DNA of 64,000 bases from Candidatus Aegiribacteria sp. (GTDB lineage: Bacteria > Fermentibacterota > Fermentibacteria > Fermentibacterales > JCC-6), in NCBI GenBank assembly GCA_013138965.1, contig WTBT01000050.1:4658-68657 (forward strand). Reading direction: 5' to 3'. The notes below the pieces were generated by a model. It had not been told where the DNA came from. It made no database searches and was given only the letters and a program-made list of their open reading frames with translations. Positions 1 to 8,614 of the stretch are shown piece by piece. The position numbers and the translations under genes were made by a program. Position 1 is the stretch's first letter. The number at the start of each line of letters is the position of its first letter.

Positions 1-2244
1 GAAGAAGGCTCTTTAGATCAAATGTCTTTCGAAGTTCTTTCAATTCGCTGCCAAATGGAGATTGCCTATCGCCTCAGGTTACTTGACGAGAATTCGAAAG
101 CAGCGGAGAAATTCGACTTCATAATTAATTGCGGATTAAAGAGACTGGAAAGCACAGAGGAAACCCATCCTGACTTTAGGGCTGAGATACTATCCGCTAT
201 TAGCGAAGCAATGAACATTGCAGCTGAAGTAAATTTCAACTTTGAGGAACATAACAGATTGCGTTTAATTCACGAGAGTGTTTCTTTGTGTCGTGATACC
301 TGCTGGGAACTTGCTAGAAACGCAGTGAATCGGGGTTCGAATGATTTTGTCCAACAGCTTTTCGATGATGCTGGAAGGCAGTTCACAGAGGCATTTTTTA
401 GATTTTGGCATTTGCATTCCCTCTCCAATATGGATCGTTTGCATGGGTTTCGTGGTCGACTAGATCTGGCGCGATGCACAAATGGTACAAGCCCAACCAA
501 GATCACTGAATTGGCATTCAAAGCAGCCCTGGCGGGCGCAATCGCATGTGACCAGAAGCTGGTAATCGAGGCTAGGAGAATTCTGGAATCGAGTGGGGCT
601 TCACCGACTAAAACCGAATGCGATGTCCTAAAGAATATGGTTTTTGATGGTAATCTCCTGAGGCGTCGCGAAAAGATTGGTATATGCTTCCTAGCGACGG
701 AGTTCATTGATTACTTCGAAGAGTGTGATATTGATAACCTTATCAAACTCGCTGCCAATTGGTCGCGCGAACCATGGGATCTTTCCACTACTCGAGATGT
801 GGCTCGGAATGCAATCAGGCTCTTGAAAGCAACTTGTAGAGTTCTGTCTGGGTTGGACGATCCCAGCGTATCTGCGATAAAAGTTGCAGAAGCATTAAGG
901 GGTGCAGTTCTGGTTTATCCCAGGGTTGGCCACATACTTCTGGAAGTTGCCGATGTCGCTGATGCAATGGCTGAGATCCCGAGAGAGATTACCAAAGGCG
1001 CTTCAAGAGTGTTACTGGAAATACTTCTTGATTACCACTGGGAGCCAGGCACCATCGGTGAATGGGCATGGACATCAATCATTCGTCCAGCAGTCATACA
1101 CAGCGTTTTGGACGGGGACACTGATCTCTCAACCAAAATATCATCAAAGCTTCCTCCTATTTCCATTAGGAATCAAGACGGATCTGATGTTTCCGATCCT
1201 GAAGGACTGGGGCAAACGAATCTTGTGGAACACGCCATTCAGTATAGGATGTTCTTAGGCATTCATGTTGATGAGGAAATACTTTCGAAATATGTGAATC
1301 AGAAAACCGAAAGATATGTTAAAGATTACTTATCTGAAAAGCCACTCCAATCATTTCCAGGGCAATTTCACCCGTACATCGCATGTGTTAAACAGCTGAA
1401 GGAACGCGATCAAAAGAAAGTGTTGAATACTCTACTGTGTATCTTGATTCTAAAGGAGTTGATGCCAGTTGTGCGATCGGAGGCCCTTTCGGCGCTACGG
1501 TGGTATGTGGAAGTAGCAAGTTCAGAAAGGCAGAATAAGTCAGAGCGGTTCTCGATGCTCACAGACCTTGTCCCCTCCTTAGTTGAAACCCTATGGAAAG
1601 AACTGTCAGAGGGATTAGAGATTGACTGGTCACAAGATCCATTTTCTGGGGCGGCATTTCAGTCTTTTCCGTTGGATGTTGCCTCATTTTTACTTGCTGG
1701 ATGCGAATCAGGTGCTCTTGCATTTCAGAGAATAGGATCACCGAGTCAGATATTATCTGAATGTGTGGTTGAATGGCTTATCAAAGGGAGCTTAAAGAAT
1801 AGGGAGGTTGCGTCAAATTTCCAAGCTTACCAATTTGGGAAAGCTACAGACAGTAGCAAATTTGATGATTTAGAACTAATTTTTATTGAAAGCCTTGTTA
1901 AAGAGAAGGATGAATTAATCCGTCAACAATTATTCGCTGGTCTGGCAGCAGGCATCTCTCGTAGAGGGAAATCACTTCCAGACAAAATGATAAGCAGTAT
2001 TGTCATCGATTGCTGTATTGCTGATTCGAAAAGTTCACATAGAGGAATGGCTCAGAAGGCCACTAACGCTCTTGTAGCGATTCTAAGTACCTCGAAGAAC
2101 GGAGATGACAAATTCGTTGAGGGAATACGAACTAGAGTTAATGAAATGAGGCAAGGTAGTCTTTGGCCTAGGGCATTAGTTTGCACGGCTGATATGCTAT
2201 TTACGGAGGAAAAGGATGAAGTAGCCCCGTCATCCGACGATTAA
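1..2244 (+). CDS. Large all-alpha protein of unknown function (HEAT/ARM-like by composition), possibly 5'-partial
   Basis: ORF track 22..2244 (740 aa). The frame is open from base 1 (gaa gaa ggc tct tta gat caa atg), so the true start may lie upstream of the window. No catalytic motif recognised. Leu/Ala/Glu-rich and helix-like throughout. Confidence 0.5.
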   Translation, partial: EEGSLDQMSFEVLSIRCQMEIAYRLRLLDENSKAAEKFDFIINCGLKRLESTEETHPDFRAEILSAISEAMNIAAEVNFNFEEHNRLRLIHESVSLCRDTCWELARNAVNRGSNDFVQQLFDDAGRQFTEAFFRFWHLHSLSNMDRLHGFRGRLDLARCTNGTSPTKITELAFKAALAGAIACDQKLVIEARRILESSGASPTKTECDVLKNMVFDGNLLRRREKIGICFLATEFIDYFEECDIDNLIKLAANWSREPWDLSTTRDVARNAIRLLKATCRVLSGLDDPSVSAIKVAEALRGAVLVYPRVGHILLEVADVADAMAEIPREITKGASRVLLEILLDYHWEPGTIGEWAWTSIIRPAVIHSVLDGDTDLSTKISSKLPPISIRNQDGSDVSDPEGLGQTNLVEHAIQYRMFLGIHVDEEILSKYVNQKTERYVKDYLSEKPLQSFPGQFHPYIACVKQLKERDQKKVLNTLLCILILKELMPVVRSEALSALRWYVEVASSERQNKSERFSMLTDLVPSLVETLWKELSEGLEIDWSQDPFSGAAFQSFPLDVASFLLAGCESGALAFQRIGSPSQILSECVVEWLIKGSLKNREVASNFQAYQFGKATDSSKFDDLELIFIESLVKEKDELIRQQLFAGLAAGISRRGKSLPDKMISSIVIDCCIADSKSSHRGMAQKATNALVAILSTSKNGDDKFVEGIRTRVNEMRQGSLWPRALVCTADMLFTEEKDEVAPSSDD

Positions 2245-2507
2245 GCTGGTAACGAGCACCCTTGCATTAATTACTAACACCACGTTTCCTTCTTCTTTCA
2301 CGATGATTTGTCAAACTGAATGAGTTACTCCGGTGGCTATCCCAGTGTATTACTTCCACAACCCTCCTGCTTGATTATAGTGGCTACTGATGCTTCGCTT
2401 CCCAAAATTGGTTGCTTGTATTTCGCTTGACAATAGAGTTAGGTAAAAGCATAGATAAAAGTAGGGAGATTCATTTGATTCAGGCTTGGTGCTGAGAGTA
2501 GTTATGT

Positions 2508-2516
2508 TGGTATAAT
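2508..2516 (+). promoter_or_regulatory. Extended -10 promoter element (TGgTATAAT) upstream of the methyltransferase operon
   Basis: tggtataat at 2508-2516 matches the extended -10 consensus TGnTATAAT, about 53 nt upstream of ATG 2569. A TTGACA at about 2424-2429 is a second, weaker candidate. Both sit in a 277-nt AT-rich gap after the upstream ORF. Confidence 0.4.
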
Positions 2517-2568
2517 CGGGTTGCGTAGAATTGTTATTTGTTCTTTTAAGAGAGAAGAGAAGCTATCA

Positions 2569-3876
2569 ATGCATGAAGCCATGCAAGCATTCAATGAGTA
2601 CAATGTCAAGCTTGCCAATTTGTATCAAGAGATTGTTTTTGGGAAATTGCATATGCAGACTGAATTGCAGGTGACTGCTGATATGGTTGCTGCTGAGTTA
2701 CGACGCATTATCCCGATTGACCGTTTGCGAAAGGCGGGGAGTTTCTTTACCGGTGATGTTCTGGCAGGCAGGGCAGCTGGGTCGGTTTCAGATCATGGGT
2801 TGATTCTGGATCCTGCTTGTGGAGCAGGGAGCCTACTAACTGCTTTTACAAAGAAACTTCCAATAGAGACTACACTTGCTGATACCTTGCGAGAATGGGG
2901 AAGGATATTGTACGGGTGTGATCTCTTCCCGGAATTTGTTGAGGCTACCAAATTGCGTATCATCCTGGAGGCTATAAGCAGAGGAGTTCAACTCAACGGG
3001 GATTCTCTGGATGAGCTAAAGGATTTACTGTATGGAATTAAACAGGGTGATGGTCTTGGGTTGGTTCCTCCAGAAACATGTACTCATGTATTGATGAATC
3101 CTCCATTTAGATTAGTTCCTGCTCCTGCAAACTGTCAGTGGGCAAAGGGTAAACTGAATGAAGCTGCTCTTTTTGTAGAATACTATTTACAACGGATTCC
3201 AGAGAATTGTACTTTGATTGCTATTCTACCTGAAGTGTTGAGATGTGGCACTCGATACAAGAAGTGGAGAACCTGGCTCGAAGTGAATATCACTGCAGAA
3301 GTGATGCTCAATGGGCAGTTTGATACTAAAACAGATGTTGATGTATTTGTGTTCGCTGCATCAAGATTGTCTACACAGAAACCGAGTATGAATAGGATTG
3401 ACTGGAAAACACAAATTGATGAACCGACAGATCTTACCGTTGGTTCTTTGTTCGATGTGAGGGTTGGTTCTGTGGTGCCTTACAGGGATGAGATTGCAGG
3501 AGACGAATATCCTTATGCTTGTCCTTCGAACTTACCTCGCTGGAGAATTGTAAGCGAGTTCGAGAATCGCTGCGGGTACGCCGGTCGAAAGATCAATCCT
3601 CCATTTGTGGCAATCAGGCGGACTTCCAGTCCATCCGACAGAGAGAGAGCGGCAGCAACAATTGTTACAGGCAAAGAAGCGGTTGCAGTGGAGAATCATC
3701 TAATTGTTGCATGTCCTCGCAAGGACGGTTTGCGTGCATGTAAAAGGCTGCTGAAACTGCTGCGAAGCGCTGAAACCAACAGGTTTCTTAATCAGCGAAT
3801 GCGTTGTCGTCATCTGACTGTTGGCGCTGTAAAGGAGATCAATTGGCAGGAGGAGATTCATGCCGGAACTGATTGA
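2569..3876 (+). CDS. N6-adenine DNA methyltransferase, gamma-class motif order (Eco57I/TaqI-like) with a C-terminal putative target-recognition region
   Basis: SAM-binding motif I is LDPACGAGSLL. Catalytic motif IV is NPPF (VLMNPPFRL, codons at 3097-3108). Motif I precedes motif IV. The track ORF starts at TTG 2521, but ATG 2569 is preferred given the promoter at 2508-2516. Confidence 0.8.
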   Translation: MHEAMQAFNEYNVKLANLYQEIVFGKLHMQTELQVTADMVAAELRRIIPIDRLRKAGSFFTGDVLAGRAAGSVSDHGLILDPACGAGSLLTAFTKKLPIETTLADTLREWGRILYGCDLFPEFVEATKLRIILEAISRGVQLNGDSLDELKDLLYGIKQGDGLGLVPPETCTHVLMNPPFRLVPAPANCQWAKGKLNEAALFVEYYLQRIPENCTLIAILPEVLRCGTRYKKWRTWLEVNITAEVMLNGQFDTKTDVDVFVFAASRLSTQKPSMNRIDWKTQIDEPTDLTVGSLFDVRVGSVVPYRDEIAGDEYPYACPSNLPRWRIVSEFENRCGYAGRKINPPFVAIRRTSSPSDRERAAATIVTGKEAVAVENHLIVACPRKDGLRACKRLLKLLRSAETNRFLNQRMRCRHLTVGAVKEINWQEEIHAGTD

Positions 3877-6091
3877 AAGTTTGCCATTTGAAATAGAAGC
3901 ACGCGTTCCTATTCAGCTTGGCCGTGAGAGTATTTCCAGTTCGGTGGTGGCGGTATCCGAACTGGTTAAAAATGCATACGATGCAGATGCAAACAAAGTG
4001 AATATTGAATTTCACAATCTTGGTCAACCAGATGCCTGGCTTCTGATTCAGGACGACGGTGACGGAATGGATTCTGGTTCATTTGCCAATCATTGGATGC
4101 GTATTGGTACTGACTCCAAGACGGACGTATCAAGGTCAAAAAAGAACAGGATACTTACTGGATCAAAGGGTCTTGGACGGCTGGGTATTGATCGATTGTG
4201 CAAAACTCTCACAGTACGGACAAAAACATCTTCCACAACAGATACAATTGAGGCCAGAATAGATTGGACTAAGTATGAACTAAAAGGTAAAACTCTTTCA
4301 GAGATAAAACACAACATTTACCGGATTGCTTTGGGAGAAACCGACTCATTTCCCGAAGCTGATGACCACGGCACTAGTCTCATAATGAATGACCTGAAAG
4401 ATGGGTGGTCTAAGGATTTCCTGAGAGATCTCAGGCAGGAGTTGAGCCTCCTTGTGTCTCCATTTGAAGGCATTGAAGATTTTGCTATTGAATTAAAAAC
4501 AGGCATCAATGAACTAGACGGTCCATTGTTATCAACTGTAATGCTCGAAAGTGCTGTGTGGAAACTTGACTTTACATTGACTGAAGATGGTCAGGTTACA
4601 GCAAGAGCTTCATCTGCTCTTTACGGTGAAGATTGTTTTGACGGCCCACACGCCTGGCAAGAATGGTTAAAGGATAGAAGTGATGAACCTTGTTGCGGAG
4701 GGTTTAAGTTAGTTTTGTATTTTATTCCGGCAGATGCGCCGGGATTGAAGAAACTCAGTTTCTCACGGAAGGACTGGAAGACTTTCATGGATGCGAATAG
4801 TGGTGTACGTATCTATCGTGATAAATTCCGAGTTCGTCCATATGGAGAGCCCACAGGAAAGGGTGACTGGCTGGATCTTGGTCTGAGGCGTTCTAAGAGA
4901 CCAGAGGGTGTTACTCAGAAAGGTTGGGTTATTGGACCACACCAGGTTGTTGGCGCGGCATTCATCAGCAGAGAGAGTAATCCTGAGCTTGTTGATCAGA
5001 CTAATCGTGAGGGAATTGTTGAGGGAGAAGCGTTTTTTGACTTGCGTGTATCTGTTCTAAAGGCAATCACTTTTTTCGAGCAGAAAATACACGAAAGTGC
5101 TGTTAAACGTAAAAATACGAAACCAGCTGATAAAACCAAAGATATGTATGCCGCTGCCCAGGACGAATACCGGAAAAAGTTGAACAATGTCCTAAAGAAA
5201 GCATCTGCTCAGAATCAAAACACAGACGATTTTAAGGCACTCCTTGCTGGTTTTTCAAATGTGGTAGCTGCTGCTGATGATATGCATAGTTCAACTGAGC
5301 AGATAATCAAGGAGATACAAGCAGACAAGGACACAATGGCCAATCTTGCGTCATTGGGTATCCTGACAGTTTGTTTTGGTCATGAAGCAAAGGAATACAC
5401 TAATCTTGCAGCAGCGAATGCAGTTCTTCTCCTGCGAGCGTACCAACAAGGTCATTTTCATATGATGGCTCCGCACGACGATGAATTTATGAACAAGATT
5501 GAAATAATTCAGGATAGTACAGAATTCATAAAAACATTTGCTGGATTCGCATTGGGTAATGTACGCCCTGACAAGCGAAAGCGAACTAATGTCAACTTGA
5601 CAAAAGTAATTAATTCGGTGTTCATAGCAATGGATAAGTCACTTGAACGACAAAACATCGATATTGATTGCTCAGGAGTAGAGGTAAACATACCACCGGT
5701 AAGAGCATTTGAGATTGATCTTGAAAGTATCGTTGTCAACCTGTTAACAAACTCAGTTACTGCCCTTACAGATACTCCGGCAGAGAAGAGAAGAATTGTT
5801 GTTGGGTTGAAGCAGGTTGATGTAGACGTCGAGTTGACTTTTTCTGACTCTGGATGTGGCATCGAAGCTGGAACTGAAAAGCAGATATTCCATCCGATAT
5901 TCAGCACCAAGCGAGATAGGAAGGGTAATGTTGAGGGAACAGGGATGGGACTTGCGATCGTGAAGACTTTCGTTGAAGATCATTCCGGTGGATCAATCAG
6001 GGCTATTCCAAATGGGTCTCTTGGTGGAGCCGAGTTTATCATTCGGATTCCTATTGCTCCACGAAGAGGAGGCAGTGGAAAGGATGAGTAA
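3860..6091 (+). CDS. Soluble histidine kinase with an additional N-terminal MORC/Hsp90-type GHKL ATPase module
   Basis: N-terminal GHKL boxes: ELVKNAYDADA (N box), DDGDGMD (G1), GSKGLGRLG (G2). H-box-like FGHEAKEY, with the His codon at 5381-5383. C-terminal HATPase_c boxes: VNLLTNSVTAL (N), DSGCGI (G1), IFHPIFSTK (F), GTGMGLAIV (G2). No hydrophobic TM segment seen. RBS aggaggag at 3848-3855. The ATG overlaps the MTase 3' end by 17 nt. Confidence 0.75.
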   Translation: MPELIESLPFEIEARVPIQLGRESISSSVVAVSELVKNAYDADANKVNIEFHNLGQPDAWLLIQDDGDGMDSGSFANHWMRIGTDSKTDVSRSKKNRILTGSKGLGRLGIDRLCKTLTVRTKTSSTTDTIEARIDWTKYELKGKTLSEIKHNIYRIALGETDSFPEADDHGTSLIMNDLKDGWSKDFLRDLRQELSLLVSPFEGIEDFAIELKTGINELDGPLLSTVMLESAVWKLDFTLTEDGQVTARASSALYGEDCFDGPHAWQEWLKDRSDEPCCGGFKLVLYFIPADAPGLKKLSFSRKDWKTFMDANSGVRIYRDKFRVRPYGEPTGKGDWLDLGLRRSKRPEGVTQKGWVIGPHQVVGAAFISRESNPELVDQTNREGIVEGEAFFDLRVSVLKAITFFEQKIHESAVKRKNTKPADKTKDMYAAAQDEYRKKLNNVLKKASAQNQNTDDFKALLAGFSNVVAAADDMHSSTEQIIKEIQADKDTMANLASLGILTVCFGHEAKEYTNLAAANAVLLLRAYQQGHFHMMAPHDDEFMNKIEIIQDSTEFIKTFAGFALGNVRPDKRKRTNVNLTKVINSVFIAMDKSLERQNIDIDCSGVEVNIPPVRAFEIDLESIVVNLLTNSVTALTDTPAEKRRIVVGLKQVDVDVELTFSDSGCGIEAGTEKQIFHPIFSTKRDRKGNVEGTGMGLAIVKTFVEDHSGGSIRAIPNGSLGGAEFIIRIPIAPRRGGSGKDE

Positions 6092-6737
6092 TCAAAAAAA
6101 AGTTCTCTGGATTGACGAGGAACCAAGAGCTCTCTCTACCTTTACTGTATTTCTTCAGGAGTGTTTTGGTGACGAAATTACTGTTATTCCTAAAGCACCT
6201 GAAAGAAAGCTGGGTGAAATGATTGACTATATTTCCAATCAGCAGAACCTGGTGGCTCTTGTGGTTGATCAGCGGTTGAAATCCACTGGAATGGCGGAAT
6301 ACTCTGGTATAGACCTGATCGAGAGGGTTCGAGGTTTATTCCCAATACTTCCAATCTACATTCTGACAAATCATCAGGATGATATTGGTGATTTGGATTA
6401 CCAGGTTGAATATGTTTTAGAGAAAGATAATCTCTATGATGATAGCTACATTAAGACCTTGAAGGCGAGAGTTCGCCGTCATGTTGATGTTTATGATGTT
6501 ATCATGTCAGACAGAGAAATCCGTTTTGATGAATTGCTTAGAGCATCGCTTGAGCGTGAGTTGAACTCTGATGAGATGAAAGAAATGCAAGAGCTTGATT
6601 TTCGAAGATCGAAGCCTGTTCTTGCCGATGAGTTCATATGGGCTGAGAAGCTGAAGGAAAAACTTGACCAGCAGTCTGAGTTGCTGGATCGTCTTCGTCA
6701 GGATATTGAATCTAATCAGAGTAAACCGGAGAAGTGA
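6084..6737 (+). CDS. Stand-alone response-regulator receiver (REC) domain protein with a C-terminal coiled-coil tail and no DNA-binding output
   Basis: Receiver signature residues are all present: acidic pair in LWIDEEP, phospho-acceptor-like Asp in LVVDQRL (GAT 6267-6269), Thr in YILTNH, Lys in YVLEKD. The last roughly 90 aa are charged heptad-like sequence. ATG 6084 overlaps the kinase stop (atgagtaa). The track start at 5973 is rejected because it lies inside the kinase gene. Confidence 0.65.
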   Translation: MSNQKKVLWIDEEPRALSTFTVFLQECFGDEITVIPKAPERKLGEMIDYISNQQNLVALVVDQRLKSTGMAEYSGIDLIERVRGLFPILPIYILTNHQDDIGDLDYQVEYVLEKDNLYDDSYIKTLKARVRRHVDVYDVIMSDREIRFDELLRASLERELNSDEMKEMQELDFRRSKPVLADEFIWAEKLKEKLDQQSELLDRLRQDIESNQSKPEK

Positions 6738-7378
6738 TGACAATCGATAACCTGTTTTACCCAACCATTAAGCGGCGATCAACTTATATAGGCAAGGGTG
6801 ATGGGCAGGTCTCTCGCTATTCTGATTATCGCGATGAGATTCAGGAAGACTGTGGGAATCGCTGTGTCTATTGCGACATCAAACATGCAGAGATTGGCTA
6901 TGAGGGGATGCATCTGGACCATTTCCGCCCACAGAAACACTTTCCTGGACTAACTGATAACCCAACCAATCTGGTTCTTGCCTGTCCAAAATGTAATAGC
7001 TTTAAATCGTACAAGTGGCCTGCTTTCAAGAGAATAAATGCGTGTTCACATGAAGGAAAAACTGGTTTTATTGACCCTTTCGAAGAGTCTCGAAAAGAGT
7101 ACTTTGCAGTGAGTACTGATGGGTCTCTGCTCCCTCTTATGGATCCCGCAGAGTATTTAATTATACTGATGAAACTAAATCGAACAGCCCGTATTCAAGT
7201 GCGCCGCAATCGTATCATCCGACATGAGATGAAAAAGTTGTCAGGAAAGCTTGAGAACTTGATCTCTGATCTTATTACAGACTGGAAAGCTGAACGAATC
7301 TCTGCTGATGAGGCTATGCGTTCTATGGAACAGCACTGCTTGAGACTGGTTTCACTAGCGGAAATGATGACTGTCTAG
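6734..7378 (+). CDS. HNH endonuclease (resembles the PtuB/TIGR02646 style from memory) with a helical C-terminal extension
   Basis: CGNRCVYC...HLDHFRPQKH...NLVLACPKCNSFK gives the Cys4 zinc sites plus the catalytic D-H and Asn of the beta-beta-alpha-Me fold. GTG 6734 or ATG 6737 overlaps the REC stop TGA (6735-6737). Confidence 0.8.
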   Translation: MMTIDNLFYPTIKRRSTYIGKGDGQVSRYSDYRDEIQEDCGNRCVYCDIKHAEIGYEGMHLDHFRPQKHFPGLTDNPTNLVLACPKCNSFKSYKWPAFKRINACSHEGKTGFIDPFEESRKEYFAVSTDGSLLPLMDPAEYLIILMKLNRTARIQVRRNRIIRHEMKKLSGKLENLISDLITDWKAERISADEAMRSMEQHCLRLVSLAEMMTV

Positions 7379-7629
7379 CAATTCATCCAGTACTCCGGCT
7401 TCATAGTAGCATCGCCTTCTTGTTCAGGGATTCAAACGGATTATCATCCGGCTAACCCTGACCCAGCAGGCGCAATTCAAGCTCTGTTCTGAGCTTTCTC
7501 CATTGAGGGAGTTTGCTTTCAAGCAAGCTCTTTCTGCGTTATGGAAATACCTTGGAGATAATGCCGATAGAACAACTGTGGCAATACCATTGATTGGTAC
7601 TGGAAGAAGCAGGATTGCGAATTTCAGAA

Positions 7630-7661
7630 CTCCTGTTATGTTGAGCTTAACATAACAGGAG
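7630..7661. repeat. Perfect 13-bp stem / 6-nt loop hairpin between the convergent HNH and AbiE operons
   Basis: ctcctgttatgtt-gagctt-aacataacaggag. No U-tract on either strand, so it is not a canonical intrinsic terminator. Confidence 0.6.
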
Positions 7662-7783
7662 CCCTGAAGTTATAGCTTCCGCTGACAAGAGTATTCTCCA
7701 AAACCAATATCTGTCAATAAGTAGATATCCCCCAGGGGACTCCTCTCATCAACGTATTTACAGGTATGCGCCGTTTTATGCTA

Positions 7784-8614
7784 TCAGGAGAGCAGACGAT
7801 CAAGGTAGTGAATGAACAGTTCACGATTCCATCCATTAAGTGTACTGCGTTCTTCCATGGAGAGGAATGGGTACACATCGCGAGCAGTCTTATCCCAGTT
7901 CAAAGACTCGATCCTGCAGCTGAGTTGATCTCTGAGCCATATGCGGTTAACATTGATGCCCTGGCGCGCCCACGGTCCGTTCTGGTCGATTGCCGTGGAA
8001 AGCAGCTCCATTTCAGGATGGATATCTCTGGAGCAGAACCAGAGGAAATCGAACCAGTCTCTCCCTTTAACCCATGACCTGCACAAAAGTGCATGGCACT
8101 TCAAAGCGAACGATGAGGGGAGGTCCATCACTGAAACCTCGAAGGGTATGGGGAAGTCTATGAATGCGGTTTGGATGTGAGCTCCCTCAGGGGGATTTAC
8201 ATCAACTTCAAGTCTGATCCTTAAGAAAGGAGTTCTGCCATCAGATGAGCTTCCGAGAATAGAAGTATCAATCAGAAGAAGCTTGCGGATAGATGAGCGT
8301 TCCGAGCCTTCAGTGCGCAGTTCAATATCGAGACCGTAATTGGAAAAGGTTCTGAGGAGCGCTTTTTCGCATAAAGACCATGAGAATGAGTTGTCAGGTT
8401 CCGTGAGTACAAAATCGAGGTCTTCGGAGAACCTTGGCAGAGCGTGAATAAGCCGAAGTTCTGTTCCACCGTGGAACACCGCCCTGCTGAAAAAATCGTT
8501 CACCGAGAGGGAATAAAGAGCAATTTCCTGCATGATCTCCCGGAGAGCGTGAACGCGGGTCTCCCGGGAAGTTGAGCCATATTCCTCAAGTCTTGATTCA
8601 ATAATGTTTTTCAT
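7784..8614 (-). CDS. abiEii: AbiEii/AbiGii-family nucleotidyltransferase toxin (type IV TA / abortive infection)
   Basis: FHGGTELRLIHALPRFSEDLDF matches the DUF1814/AbiEii NTase signature. The start is taken at MKNIIESRLEEY (ATG 8614-8612), which overlaps the upstream stop as ATGA. The track start at 8773 lies inside abiEi. Confidence 0.75.
   Translation of the reverse strand: MKNIIESRLEEYGSTSRETRVHALREIMQEIALYSLSVNDFFSRAVFHGGTELRLIHALPRFSEDLDFVLTEPDNSFSWSLCEKALLRTFSNYGLDIELRTEGSERSSIRKLLLIDTSILGSSSDGRTPFLRIRLEVDVNPPEGAHIQTAFIDFPIPFEVSVMDLPSSFALKCHALLCRSWVKGRDWFDFLWFCSRDIHPEMELLSTAIDQNGPWARQGINVNRIWLRDQLSCRIESLNWDKTARDVYPFLSMEERSTLNGWNRELFIHYLDRLLS

Noticed and set aside
5973-6083. Track start of the REC ORF at 5973 (MKIIPVDQSG...)
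   Set aside because: These 37 codons lie inside the kinase gene in another frame. ATG 6084 has an RBS and overlaps the kinase stop, and the receiver fold begins right after it.
7412-7657. Open frame without a start codon encoding ...RTTVAIPLIGTGRSRIANF..., reminiscent of a macro-domain strand-loop motif
   Set aside because: Only one short motif matches, there is no start codon, it is under 85 codons, and I cannot verify homology by eye. At most it is an unassignable gene remnant.
7630-7661. The 13-bp hairpin as an intrinsic terminator for both convergent operons
   Set aside because: No U-tract follows it on either strand. It is kept only as a structural repeat.
7766-8180. Plus-strand ORFs 7766..8077 and 7941..8180
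   Set aside because: They are antisense to the well-supported AbiEii gene and have no motifs.
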